Shown here one piece after another: positions 40,095-51,751 of a stretch of DNA of 64,000 nucleotides. Source of the stretch: Felis catus (Eukaryota); the NCBI RefSeq assembly GCF_018350175.1, contig NC_058368.1, positions 147,314,001-147,378,000 of the forward strand. The letters are read 5' to 3'. The notes under the pieces were generated by a model that worked only from the letters and a program-made list of their open reading frames with translations, had not been told where the DNA came from and searched no databases. The position numbers and the translations under genes were made by a program. The stretch's first letter is position 1; each line of letters opens with the position of its first letter.

Positions 40095-40233
40095 CAGAGA
40101 GAGAGAGAATCTCAAGCAGGCTCCACACTCAGCATGGAGCCTGATGCAAGGCTCAATCCCATGACCCTGGAATCATGACTTGAGCCAAAAATCAAGAGTC
40201 TTATGGTCAACTGACTGAGCTACCCAGAAGCCC
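40001..40233 (-). mobile_element. Can-SINE (older)
   Basis: TSD taaggggtgt(c/t)attt at 39986-40000 and 40235-40249. Confidence 0.9.
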
Positions 40234-40704
40234 ATAAGGGGTGTTATTTAGAATGAGGGATAACAATAGCAACTCATAGTAATCCTACCAGAAACCATAA
40301 GACATGAATGTCCAAGTAGTATATGGGGTGATACAAGGATGGATCTGGAGTCCACACACCTATGTTGAAATGGCAGCTACACTAAGTATGAGATGTATAA
40401 CATCGCATCAATTCAATAATTTCTCTAGAGTTCAGGTTCATCTCCTTGAAACTGATATCATTAGATTAGACAGTGATCATCTAGCAAGCGCTCATTCAAT
40501 GGTGGCTGCTATTTTAATAGTATATTCTAATGGTTCAATTTCTCTACAATGTTTTCTGTTATTATTCTACTTGTCTGTATAAGGTTTTTCTTGGTAGACC
40601 ATATTCTTATGACTATCAATGATGATATCTTTTCTTCACTGGTGAGCTACTACCTGAAATTTTTTTTTCTATCACTTTTTCACACTGTGACTATCAGCAC
40701 TATA

Positions 40705-40885
40705 TTGTGGTAAGAATGTGAGCCCTGGAATTCTGTCCTCATTACAGACTAGTTTTGTGAACTTCGGAAAATCACTTAAAATCACTCGTTCTTTTCAAGG
40801 TCATTATGAAAGTCAGATGAATTAATGTTTGCAAAGCCCTCAACAGTGACCGGCACATAGTTAGTGTTCAATAAATGATAACTAT
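40705..40885 (+). mobile_element. MIR SINE
   Basis: gtggtaagaatgtgagccctgga head and ggcacatagttagtgttcaataaatgataactat tail. Confidence 0.7.
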
Positions 40886-41519
40886 CGTCATCAACTACTA
40901 ACTTTCCATGATCTGTGGAAGGGATCTGGTTTGCTTTCCAAAGTGTCCTATGTTACTTTTTTCTCATCAGTTTAGTCTCACTAAATTCGATTTCTTACCT
41001 TCACTGTGATCAACAGAATTTAAATGTGACCTTCAAGAGTTCAGATATTTTATGTATAGGCTACCATCTAAATCAGCTTAAAGTGGAAAAAATAATTTGA
41101 CTACAAATAGAAGAGGATGGGCTATACCTTGTTTGATATCATTTCATTCACAAACATATCATTCATTTGTTTTTGAATGCCTTTTGCAACCCATATTCCC
41201 TTTCAGTAATGGGCAGTACACTCTAACCATTTTAGATCTCACTTTAATATGACTCTTGTATTCATCTTATCCTAATGCCATCATCCACATAAAACCCTCA
41301 GCAAAGTATCTAATCAGTGCTTAAAAAAATGTTCGCTGTTAATATGATTTGTGGGTGACATCTGTGATCACAGTGTGGAAATGGCAAACGCACACTTGGT
41401 GTTTTTCTGCATGGGCAATTGTATGTACACACTTGACTCCGGTTTGTTCTCTGCTGGTTATCACAACCAGACTCCCTAATGCTGGCTCTGCTAATAAATG
41501 GTTACCACAGGCAATCCAA

Positions 41520-42330
41520 GTACTTATTTTCAAATTATGAAATATTTCAAGAAAACAGAGAAGTGTGAAGATTAAAATAACGAACCTAACATGTATCTAC
41601 CACCTAACTTTGCCAAATTTTAGCATTTTGTTTCATCTTTTTAAAGCAAAAACAGTAAAAGCATAGTTGTAAGTCTGTCCTCATCCCTCCTGATTCCATT
41701 CCTTTCTGTTGCTTATTCTGCAGAGGAAACCACTAAATAATTTTAATATCTATCATTTTAATACATGATTTATGCATTTACTACAGAAGTATAGATCCAT
41801 ACAAATCTAGAGTTTTATTGTACCCTCTAACCTTTATGGACAGTATTATACTGAATGTATCCTTCCACATTTTTCTTTTTCCTTAGAAGCTGTTTTTGAA
41901 GTTTATACATATTTACACACAAAACTCCAATTTGTACATTTTAATTGCCTGATAGCAGTCTATTGTATAAATACAGTATACATTATTTACCTGTTCTTCT
42001 GTATATGGTTCTATAGGATGTAAGTTTGTCCTGTTTTGCTTTTTGTCTTGCCATTACATTTTAGTATGTTTCTCCTTATAAACTGTGCAAAACTTAGGAT
42101 ATATACCTACAGGTAGAGTTACTGGGTCAAATGATATGCATTTACTAAACTATTTTCAACTCACTCTTCCAAGCAGTGGCACCTACTTATATCCCACCAT
42201 CAGTGTGCGGGTCTCCACCACTCTGCATTGTGGCAACACTTCGTGCTGTTTAGCTTTTAATTCTCTGCGAATTGATTGGCATAGTATCGTATCACTTTAT
42301 TTTAGTTTGCATTTCCCTGATTACTCTTAA
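41520..42330 (-). mobile_element. Very old L1 (L1ME-like) fragment
   Basis: atttcaagaaaacagagaagt 3'-end motif and ggatatatacctacaggtagagttactgggtca...atcccaccatcagtgt antisense ORF2. Confidence 0.7.
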
Positions 42331-42483
42331 GTTTTCTTCTGTTTATTTGAGGAAATTGACATCTGTAGTTAAGTATCCAATATTGATATTCAATGACTAA
42401 CTCTCCATTATATCGGTTTCAGTCTATTTCATATACTTATTGAAAAACTAGTGCATATCAGCTATATCAATGAATTTGTTCTT

Positions 42484-42697
42484 TTTTTTTTTTTCAACGT
42501 TTATTTATTTTTGGGACAGAGAGAGACAGAGCATGAACGGGGGAGGGGCAGAGAGAGAGGGAGATACAGAATCGGAAACAGGCTCCAGGCTCTGAGCCAT
42601 CAGCCCAGAGCCTGACGCGGGGCTCGAACTCACGGACCGCGAGATCGTGACCTGGCTGAAGTCGGATGCTTAACCGACTGCGCCACCCAGGCGCCCC
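42484..42697 (-). mobile_element. Young SINEC_Fc-type SINE
   Basis: Perfect TSD aatgaatttgttctt at 42469-42483 and 42698-42712; CpGs largely intact. Confidence 0.97.
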
Positions 42698-42905
42698 AAT
42701 GAATTTGTTCTTGAAATTACCTAATCAAGTGTCATGCAGGAAAAATAAATGGATACAAGTAAATGGCTATTGATTATTCTTATTTTTTAAAACCAACATG
42801 TCACTGAGAGAGAAGATGGTAAAAGTCTGCATTGGGCTGCAATGTTCAGTATTCAATTATAAGAGCAAATATAAAGTATAAGAACTATATTAAAAAGTGA
42901 CTATA

Positions 42906-43113
42906 GGGGCGCCTGGGTGGCGCAGTCGGTTAAGCGTCCGACTTCAGCCAGGTCACAATCTCGCGGTCCGTGAGTTCGAGCCCCGCGTCGGGCTCTGGGC
43001 TGATGGCTCAGAGCCTGGAGCCTGTTTCCGATTCTGTGTCTCCCTCTCTCTCTGCCCCTCCCCCGTTCATGCTCTGTCTCTCTCTGTCCCAAAAATAAAT
43101 AAACGTTGAAAAA
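42906..43113 (+). mobile_element. Young SINEC_Fc-type SINE
   Basis: Perfect TSD aaaaagtgactata at 42892-42905 and 43114-43127. Confidence 0.97.
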
Positions 43114-43427
43114 AAAAAGTGACTATAAATGTCTGCTAAGCAAGGTTACAGTTTCTTCCCAATTATGCGATCTCATATGGGTATTTAATAAATGGCTGCT
43201 GATGATATAATAATTATAACATCATGGTGATAATCATTATAATAATTATAAGATCAGTTAACTATTCGTGTTTATGTTGTAAGAATTACAACATGGTTGT
43301 AATTTTCAACATGAATGACTGCTCTCTTTTTAAATAAACAATTTTCTTCATCTTAACTCCACTTTAGTCTATAAGAAAAAACTAAGATAATTTTTTCCTG
43401 GGGAATCTTCAAGGTCTCCTACTTTTA

Positions 43428-43660
43428 CTTATTTTTTTAAGTGTTAATTTATTTATTTTGAGAGACAGAGAGAGACACAGAGACAGAGACAGAGAGAGTG
43501 CGCCAGGGAGGGACAGAGAGGAGAGAGAAAATCCAAGCAGGTTCCTCATTCCTCACTGTCAGCGCATACCCTTCGCTCAATCCCACCAACTGTGAGATCA
43601 TGACCTGAGCCGAAATGAAGAGTTGGACACTTAACTGACTGAGCCACCCTGGTGCTCCAC
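43428..43660 (-). mobile_element. Can-SINE (older)
   Basis: TSD aaggtctcc(t/c)actttta at 43411-43427 and 43662-43678. Confidence 0.9.
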
Positions 43661-43678
43661 TAAGGTCTCCCACTTTTA

Positions 43679-43979
43679 TTTTTTTATTTTTTTATTTTTT
43701 CAATATATGAAATTTATTGTCAAATTGGTTTCCATACAACACCCAGTGCTCATCCCAAAAGGTGCCCTCCTCAATACCCATCACCCACCCTCCCCTCCCT
43801 CCCACCCCCCATCAACCCTCAGTTTGTTCTCAGTTTTTAAGAGTCTCTTATGCTTTGGCTCTCTCCCACTCTAACCTCTTTTTTTTTCCTTCCCCTCCCC
43901 CATGGGTTTCTGTTAAGTTTCTCAAAATCCACATAAGAGTGAAAACATATGGTATCTGTCTTTCTCTGTATGGCTTATA
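43679..43979 (-). mobile_element. Young felid L1, 5'-truncated 3' end
   Basis: Near-identical reverse complement of 7213-7505; TSD tcc(c/t)actttta at 43668-43678 and 43980-43990. Confidence 0.93.
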
Positions 43980-44080
43980 TCCTACTTTTAAACCTAAGTA
44001 TGGCCGCAAGTTTTCTTCAAAGGCCATGTTAAACTAAATCAGGTTACAGCTTAAGACTTCAGGGTGCACAATGTACTTTA

Positions 44081-44312
44081 TTTTTTTTTATTTTTTTTTA
44101 TTTTTTTTTCAACATTTATTTATTTTTGGGACAGAGAGAGACACAGCATGAACGGGGGAGGGGCAGAGAGAGAGGGAGACACAGAATCGGAAACAGGCTC
44201 CAGGCTCTGAGCCATCAGCCCAGAGCCCGACGCGGGGCTCGAACTCACGGACCGCGAGATTGTGACCTGGCTGAAGTCGGACGCTTAACCGACTGCGCCA
44301 CCCAGGCGCCCC
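44081..44312 (-). mobile_element. Young SINEC_Fc-type SINE
   Basis: Perfect TSD cacaatgtacttta at 44067-44080 and 44313-44326; patterned poly-T tail. Confidence 0.97.
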
Positions 44313-45067
44313 CACAATGTACTTTAAAAGGAAAGTATCAATTATTTAGAATTACACACAAATTCTTGTTCACATTTCTGGACATTCTGAACTACTACTT
44401 GTAATTCACTAATCTTTCTCAATGCCTCATCATCATTCAGCAACATGGAGCATTCTCTCTTTGGCAAACACACCTTTTACATATATTCTTAGTTTCCTAG
44501 AATATATTTCTAGTTTTCTTCTTACTTCTCTGGCCAGTTTGTCTTCTTTGTCAACTGGTTATCTCAATTTAGATATGTCTATAGCACCACAGGTTGATTA
44601 TATTCAAAATTGAATGTATGCTCCCTTTAACGACTCCTAAAACTTGATTCTTCAGTGAAGAGCACAACAACTCATTCACTTGCACAAGGCAAGGACAGAC
44701 GTGTGCTTGTCCCTCATCGCCAGCATCCTCATCAGCAAATCCGTTCTGTATTCTACCTCCTAAGTTACCCTGGAATCTACTCCCTCCCCTCCATCCCCAC
44801 TCCTAACATCATTGTCAAACTTCTGTACTGTTGACGCTCTCTTTGCCAAGAATCCCCGCCCTCCTCCTTTTCAGTCTTCATTTCTTACCTATGAACTGAC
44901 CTTCCCAAGTCCCAGCTGCCTTCCCCACACTCATTCCACATCTGTTTCTGGTGAAGTTACTCCTCCCCAAACCCCCATGGCATGTGTCCTATGACACTGC
45001 TACCATACCCAAGCATTCATTCTGTTTACTGGTCCTTCCTCACTGGGTCACAAAATCTTCGAGGACA

Positions 45068-45299
45068 GGGGCGCCTGGGTGGCGCAGTCAGTTAAGCGTC
45101 TGACTTCAGCCAGGTCACAATCTCGCGGTCCGTGAGTTCGAGCCCCACGTCAGGCTCTGGGCTGATGGCTCAGAGCCTGGAGCCTGTTTCCGATTCTGTG
45201 TGTCTCTCTCTCTCTGCCCCTCCCCCGTTCATGCTCTGTCTCTCTCTGTCCCAAAAATAAATAAAAACATTGAAGAAAAAAAAATTAAAAAAAAAAAAA
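45068..45299 (+). mobile_element. Young SINEC_Fc-type SINE inserted in an L2 3' end
   Basis: Perfect 18-bp TSD acaaaatcttcgaggaca at 45050-45067 and 45300-45317. Confidence 0.97.
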
Positions 45300-46135
45300 A
45301 CAAAATCTTCGAGGACAAATGTCTATCCTTCATCACTTTATTGCCAGCACCTAGAATGGCACACAGTACCATAATCACATTAAAAAACTGCTTGCTGTAA
45401 GAATTGATTATAATGAATCTCATGAGATGGCCATTATTAAGGAAAGTAGTCTTAGGGCTATTTTGTTGCTTGTCCTATTTTGTTGCTCTAAGAAATGTTT
45501 CTGCCTGATAGAACAATCATTTTTAACTTCTGAAAGTGTTAAATAGTTTTGTCCTAACATCACAATTAAGAGCACTGCAATAAAAACAAAAGTCTTGAAG
45601 AATTCATACCAAAGAGCACAATTGGAAACAGATGCCACAGCTCATTGTTTAATGCTACCTTTGTTACCAGTACAACTAAGAAAACACTGTCCTGTTCCTT
45701 CCTGAAAGATATATTTTTTGATTTGTAGCTAAGTATCAGTTACCATCCAGAAAACAAAGGGAAAAAAATCTATAAAAACTATTATTTTCAGTGACATTCT
45801 GTGTACGCGAGAAAGCTCTGTGATGGGTTGAAATTTAGTTTAACAAACAAACCAAACAACTGTCACAAGAAGTCGATATCTACAAGGATGGTCCTAAAGG
45901 TATAGGTAAGGGAATCTGTGTTTAACAGCACTATGATAAAAGTATAGTTAAACTATATACATAAGTCTGTGTAACAGTAAATTAAAACATATCTGAATAA
46001 GTGGGCCCCTTTTAAATGTCAAAAAATAATAAATATTCACATAATCTGAGTTTTAAAAGAACACTTTTAATGTTAAGAAAAAGCTTAATGACAAAATACT
46101 ACCATTAATTTAAACTAAGTTTAAGTGTTCTAACC

Positions 46136-46281
46136 AGGGTGCCTGGGTGGCTCAGTTATACATCTGGCTCTTGATTTCAGCTCAGGTCTTGATCTCATGG
46201 TTGGTGGGATTGAGCCCCACACTGGGCTCCATGCTGAGCAAGGAACCTGGTTAAGATTCTCTCTCCCGTTCCTTCTATTGC

Positions 46282-46338
<57 letters not shown>
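46136..46338 (+). mobile_element. Can-SINE (older, expanded (CT)n)
   Basis: gggtgcctgggtggctcag head, long (CT)n and (AAAT)n tail; no clear TSD. Confidence 0.88.
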
Positions 46339-46342
<4 letters not shown>

Positions 46343-48178
46343 AAATAAATAAATAAATAGGAGCATTGCTGATTACAAAGCAGTGACCATGTCTTGAGGG
46401 CTTTGCATCCCTTGTGCCTAGGTCAGCATCTGGCACATAGTAGGTATGCAATAACTAGGCAGGTGAATGAGCCAAAAACACTTTGTCTTTACAATATTGA
46501 AAAATTAATGTTGTTCATATTACCTGGGACAATATATAAGGAAACCATAATGAAAAGATAGTCTTGGGTTAGACGGACGCTTCTAGGTTGCTGAAAATAA
46601 ATTCTATGTTGGCTTCTCAAATGTTTGGACATACTTGGTATGCATGACTGCACTTGCAATGATAGCCACTGCTTTTGCCATGGATTTAATGAAGGGAAGT
46701 GATGGACTGTGGAAGGCCTCAGAGAGAAAGCCGTTACAGGAAAAGTGTCAGGGTGGCTGTTCTCTCAGTGGCATGAGGGATCCAGGGGCACTGATTAATT
46801 TCAGTGCCATTACTTTATATGGAAATAGGGAGAGCACAAAATTGAAAGTATATTACAGACTAAGTTCTTTTTTACCTGTTTGAACATAATTACTGGCAGC
46901 CAGAATCTCTATGATTCCATGGGAATTTTTTCCATGGATTTCCCTAAAATGAAACTCTTGTCCTGGATCTTTAAATTCTTGCTTTAGCTTTAGGCTTACT
47001 GTGAACTCTATAGTCAGACTGCATAAATATTCTTGAGGTTTGCTTTGTGCACCAAGCTCTCCTGAGAATAGCACAGGCAGTAGACTGCAGTTGAGGATAT
47101 TAAAAATGTTTTTAATTCTGTGATATCATGTATTTTCACAAAAAAACTGATGTGTGTTTTAGCTTGCTGCACTCTCTCCATGTTGTATTTTTAGAAGGAA
47201 GGGCTACTAAGGAGTAATAGTCTATCCTTAATTTTTTTTTTTAAAGACCTAGATATCCACATGAAAGAACAGAAGATTTATTAATGGGAAACAACAAATA
47301 AAATACTCCTTAAGGTATAGAAAAGACTGTTCAGCAATAAATCTTGCAGTACAGGCTGATATGAAGTGCTTAAAGTCTTATCAAGCCTATACTGAAAGAA
47401 TTCAGAAGACAGCCACACTATGGATCAAGACATTATATTTAGCCTCTACTCTTGGTGCGCTTGATTTATTTTGATAAACATAAGCCAGTGATCCACAATA
47501 TTACACTTAGTTGGATCCTTTTTTTAAGGGGCTCTTTATTGTCCTTTTTGCAAATTTTGTAACTTACTAGGTTACAAGGGCAACATAATAGGAATAATGT
47601 AGAACCTATTTGTTCTTTCTGATGATTTCAGATACAATGCTTTCTCTATTCATGCTTTTTCTCCTGCCTTCATAAAACAGGGTCTGCACTTCAGATTAAA
47701 ATCAATTAGGCTGAGCCTCAGCTGTTCAGTGTTCAGGGTTCCCAGTGGGGCAGACTATAGCTGGGTGCTCTCTCCACTGGGGTTTTAGCGTGAACTTTGG
47801 AAACTCTACCCACCCTGGAAGCCATGCACACAGTGTTTCAGACATACTAGTGCAGACAGCTAGAGAGGATTATAGGTAACATTTTATTAGTGCTCTTCTG
47901 AAAACAACTGTCTACCTAAGATATCTGTGACCAAGGATTATTCCTGCTAATGAGAAAGGAAGGCAGCCATATAATAAGAAATACAGATTTTTGGTTGGTG
48001 ATGATTTACATAATACTGTTGAATGATGTAACATATGCTTATGTTTTATAAAATGTAGAGTTCTACTGATTTAAGCCTGTATTTATTAACTTACCTTATT
48101 TCTACAAGGTATATACAATAATATACTTTCTAAGGAAAAATGTGCTATTTTGATCCTTTATACAAGAATGAGAGTTTA

Positions 48179-48398
48179 GGGGCACCTGGGTGGCTCCATA
48201 GGTTGAGCATCCAACTTCTGTTCAGGTCATGGTCTTCCAGTTCATGAGTTCAAGCCCCGTGTCAGGCTCTGTGCTGACAGGTCACAGCCTCGAGCCTGCT
48301 TCAGATTCTCTTGTCTCCCTCTCTCTCTGCCCTTTCCTTTCTTGCTGTCTGTCTCTCTCTCTCTCAAAAATAAATAAATATTAAAAAGTAAAAAAAAA
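48179..48398 (+). mobile_element. Can-SINE
   Basis: TSD aagaatgagag(t/g)tta at 48164-48178 and 48399-48413. Confidence 0.93.
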
Positions 48399-48527
48399 AA
48401 GAATGAGAGGTTAGTTTTGGATATAATTTGGTATGTGAGATTATTTTTAAAAAGAAAACTTATTAACAATGTAAGATGTTGGTGTTTGATTTTTAAAGGT
48501 GTTGGTCTTCTCTGTGGCGTATCTTTA

Positions 48528-48754
48528 TTTTTTTATTTTTTTAATCTTTATTTATTTTGAGAGAGAGAGAGAGAAAGAGAGAGAGAGAACGAGAACAGGG
48601 GAGGAGCAGAGAGATAGGGAGACACAGAATCAGAAGCCGGCTCCAGGCTCTGCACTATCAGAACAGAGCCCAAAGCGGGGCGAACTCACAAACTGGGAGA
48701 TCATGACCTGAGCTGAAGTTAGACGCTTAACCGACCGAGCCACCCAGGTGCCCC
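48528..48754 (-). mobile_element. Can-SINE
   Basis: TSD tctgtggc(g/a)tatcttta at 48511-48527 and 48755-48771. Confidence 0.93.
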
Positions 48755-49874
48755 TCTGTGGCATATCTTTAAATCATCATTAGCAGAACTGAACTGAAGA
48801 AAAATGAAGAAAACAATAATGCTCTTTAGATTCTGAATAATTGGGATATTAAGTTTGGAGGTCAGATTGCCATGTAAATATTTGTCAAATGATTTCCAAT
48901 GCTGTTGGAATTCCGGTTAAGTTTTTAAATTAATCAATAAAATTATACAAGCTTAATGAATAGGGATTAAAATGCAAGAATTTCTGTGTCTAGCAGGACC
49001 CACACACACACAGGCCTGGTTTTTACATGGTCATGTGGGAGAATGTAGTAAACCCTTTGAAACTGAAAACATTGCTGCAATAATGCAACTGGTCAATTCT
49101 TAGTTCTCACCCCACTTGGCGATGAGCAGCATTTGACACAGTTCAGCACTGCCTCCTCTGTAAACTATTTTCTCCACTTAGTTCCAATACCCTTCTTTCC
49201 TCTGGTTTTGCTCCTACTTCTCTGGCTGTTCCTTCTTTGCAGGCTCTTCCTCTTCCTCTCCAACTCCTAATTTTAGAATGCTCCAGGGCTCAGCTCTCCG
49301 ACGTCTAGTTTTTTTCTATCTATAGTCTCTCCCTTTCTGATTTCATCCAGTCTCCTGGCTTTAAACACAACCTAGCGACTAATGACTTGTAACATTTTTA
49401 CCTCCAACCTGATATAATTCCTCAAACCCCAGACTTATAATTATAAACTCACTTGGATGACTAATGGGCATCTTGAATTTAACATGTCCAGGCTCCTGAT
49501 CATCTCCCTCAAAACTACTTTTCCTGCTGTCTTTCTGATCTCAGTTAACGTCAACTTCATTCTTCCAGTTGTTCAGGCCAAAAGCCTCAGAGGCATTCGT
49601 GACTCATTACTTACTTTCATAAGCACATCCTCTCTGTCAGCAGTTCCTATTGGCTCTCTCTTCAAATTACAGCCAGAATCCGTGTCTCCCCCTTCCACTG
49701 CTAACACTCAAAATCAATCCATAATCATCTTTTGCCTGGATTATTGCAATAACCTCCTAACTGGTTTCTTTCCTTTCACCCTGGCCCTTTCCTGTATTTT
49801 CTCACATGTCAGCAAGAGTGATTTTGTTAAAACATGTCAGATCATGTTATCCCTCTGTTCATAATTCTCAGTGT

Positions 49875-50814
49875 CAGGATGATATTTGAAAACTTTAGCA
49901 GGGAGTATAATGCAGTCCTGTTGGGTTGCAATGGACGCCAGCATCAACCTTGTAAGACTGGACCAGTACCTACTGAAGTGATTCCAACACCCAGTTCTGC
50001 TGTGGGTGTGTTCTGGGGGAAAGGGAGTTTTCCCAATACCAATAAGCAATTCCCAACACCAGCTGGGCGTCCTATAATTCAAGTCACTGTAATTGTGACA
50101 TGAATTCTGATGTGTAATTCTGGGCACAGCATCAGATCCAGCAGATTAAAGGTTCAATCCTATCAGACTACTCCTCTACACACATGTCAGACCTGTTGTC
50201 ACCTATGTTTCTGCCTGACTGACTATAGATCAGAGGTTCCAACCCCCCCCTTCTTAGGTTTCATTAATTTGATAGAGCAGCTCAGAGAACTCAAGACAAA
50301 CATTTAACTTGCTAAGGATATAATTCAGGACAACCAGTTAGAAGAGAAACATAGGGTAAGGTATGGGGAAAGGACATGGAGCTTCCATACCCTCTCCCAG
50401 TGGGACATTCTCCCCAAGTCTCCATGTGTTCACCAAGCCAGAAGCTCTCCAGACTTTTGGGTTTTTTATGAAGGCTTTGTTACACAGGATAGTCAAGACT
50501 GACTAAATCATTGGTCACTGACCAGTGATTCAACCTTCAGCGCCTCACCTCTCCCCAGAGACCAGGAGGTTGGGACTAAAAGTTCCAAATCTGCAATCAC
50601 AAGTTTGGTTACCCTGACAACCAGTACCAAACCTTAGGTTACCTAAGGTCTTTCCAGAGGTCACCTCATTAACATAACAAAAGACACCTACATTGTTCTT
50701 ATCACAGGAAATTTCAAGAGTTTTAGGAGCTCTGTCCAGAAATAGGACAAAAACTAAATATATATTTCTTATTAAAAATCACAGTATCATACCTACGAAC
50801 TAAATATCAGCCAT
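49875..50814. mobile_element. Short hAT DNA transposon (Arthur1-like), split by an LTR
   Basis: Left end caggatgatatttga and right end taaatatcagcc form degenerate terminal inverted repeats; pieces are 49875-49973 and 50792-50814. Confidence 0.55.
49974..50791 (-). mobile_element. MER21-like ERVL solo LTR
   Basis: acaccagctgggcgtcctataattcaa and tatatttcttattaaaaatcacagtatca motifs; TG start; 5-bp TSD cctac at 49969-49973 and 50792-50796. Confidence 0.8.
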
Positions 50815-51458
50815 ACTCCAATGGTTTCCCAGCTTCCTGTTATCTGTGATCTCATCTCCATTGTTCAGTCAACTCCAAGCCATAGGCCCCTGTTGATTTG
50901 TCAAATATTTCAGCCATGTATTTTACTTCAGGATTTTTGCATCTAAAACACTTTGCTCCGTTTGGAATGCCCTTGATCCAAGCACAGCAAGTCCTGTATC
51001 CCTGCCATATTAATAGGTCTTTATTCAGATATTACCTTCTCAGAAAGGCCCCCCCTGACTCTTGAACTTGAATTGTAGTTGCACCCAAATCTTGACACTT
51101 CCTTCATAGTACTATCACTAAATATCATAGTACAAATTTTACTTAAATATCTTGTTTATTGTCTCTCTTTTCCACTAGAACAAATCCTCATAAACTTAGT
51201 TTTTTTTATCTGAGTTTGGTTTTTTATTTTTGTTTTTGTTTTCTGCTATACTCATGATTAGAACAGAGTCAACATATAATAGGTGCTCTAGAATATTATT
51301 TAGTTTTTTAATCAAAGTTAAATGGGTCAGTGAAATATATAGTATATATTATAACACATATAATCCCTGACTATCCTGAAATGCCACATTTTACAATGTT
51401 TCTGTTTTTGTTTTTTCCAGGAAAACTGTTAAATTTACACTTTACATCCTTTAGATTT

Positions 51459-51682
51459 TTTTCTTTCTTCTTCTTTTTTAATGTTTACTTATTTTTGAGA
51501 GACAGAGAGACAGAGCACAAGCCGGGAGGGGGCAGAGAAAGAGGGAGACATGGAATCCAAAACAGGCTATAGGCTCTGAGCTGTCAGTACAGAGCCCAAC
51601 ACAGGGCTTGAAGTCGCAATCCGGAAGATCATGACTTGAGCCAAAGTCGGATGCTAAACCTACTGAGCCACCCAGGCACCCC
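51459..51682 (-). mobile_element. Can-SINE
   Basis: Reverse-complement SINE; degenerate TSD cct(t/c)tagattt. Confidence 0.92.
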
Positions 51683-51719
51683 TAAACCCTCTAGATTTCT
51701 AAATGGAGCTAGGCATATA

Positions 51720-51751
51720 AAAACAAACAAACAAACAAACAAACAAACAAA
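51720..51751. repeat. (AAAC)n microsatellite
   Basis: About 7 aaac units. Confidence 0.9.

Larger units (their letters stand above)
49090..51300 (+). mobile_element. L2 LINE (RT C-terminus to 3' end), interrupted at 49875-50814
   Basis: gcagcatttgacacagtt (AAFDTV); translation ILPVVQAKSL...IIIFCLDYCNNLLTG; consensus resumes at ctccaatggtttccc near 50815. Confidence 0.85.

Noticed and set aside
42897..43109. Recurrent ~65-aa ORFs (GAPGWRSRLSVRLQPG..., MAQSVKRPTSAQ...) resembling a gene family
   Set aside because: They are translations of Can-SINE copies with TSDs and A tails.
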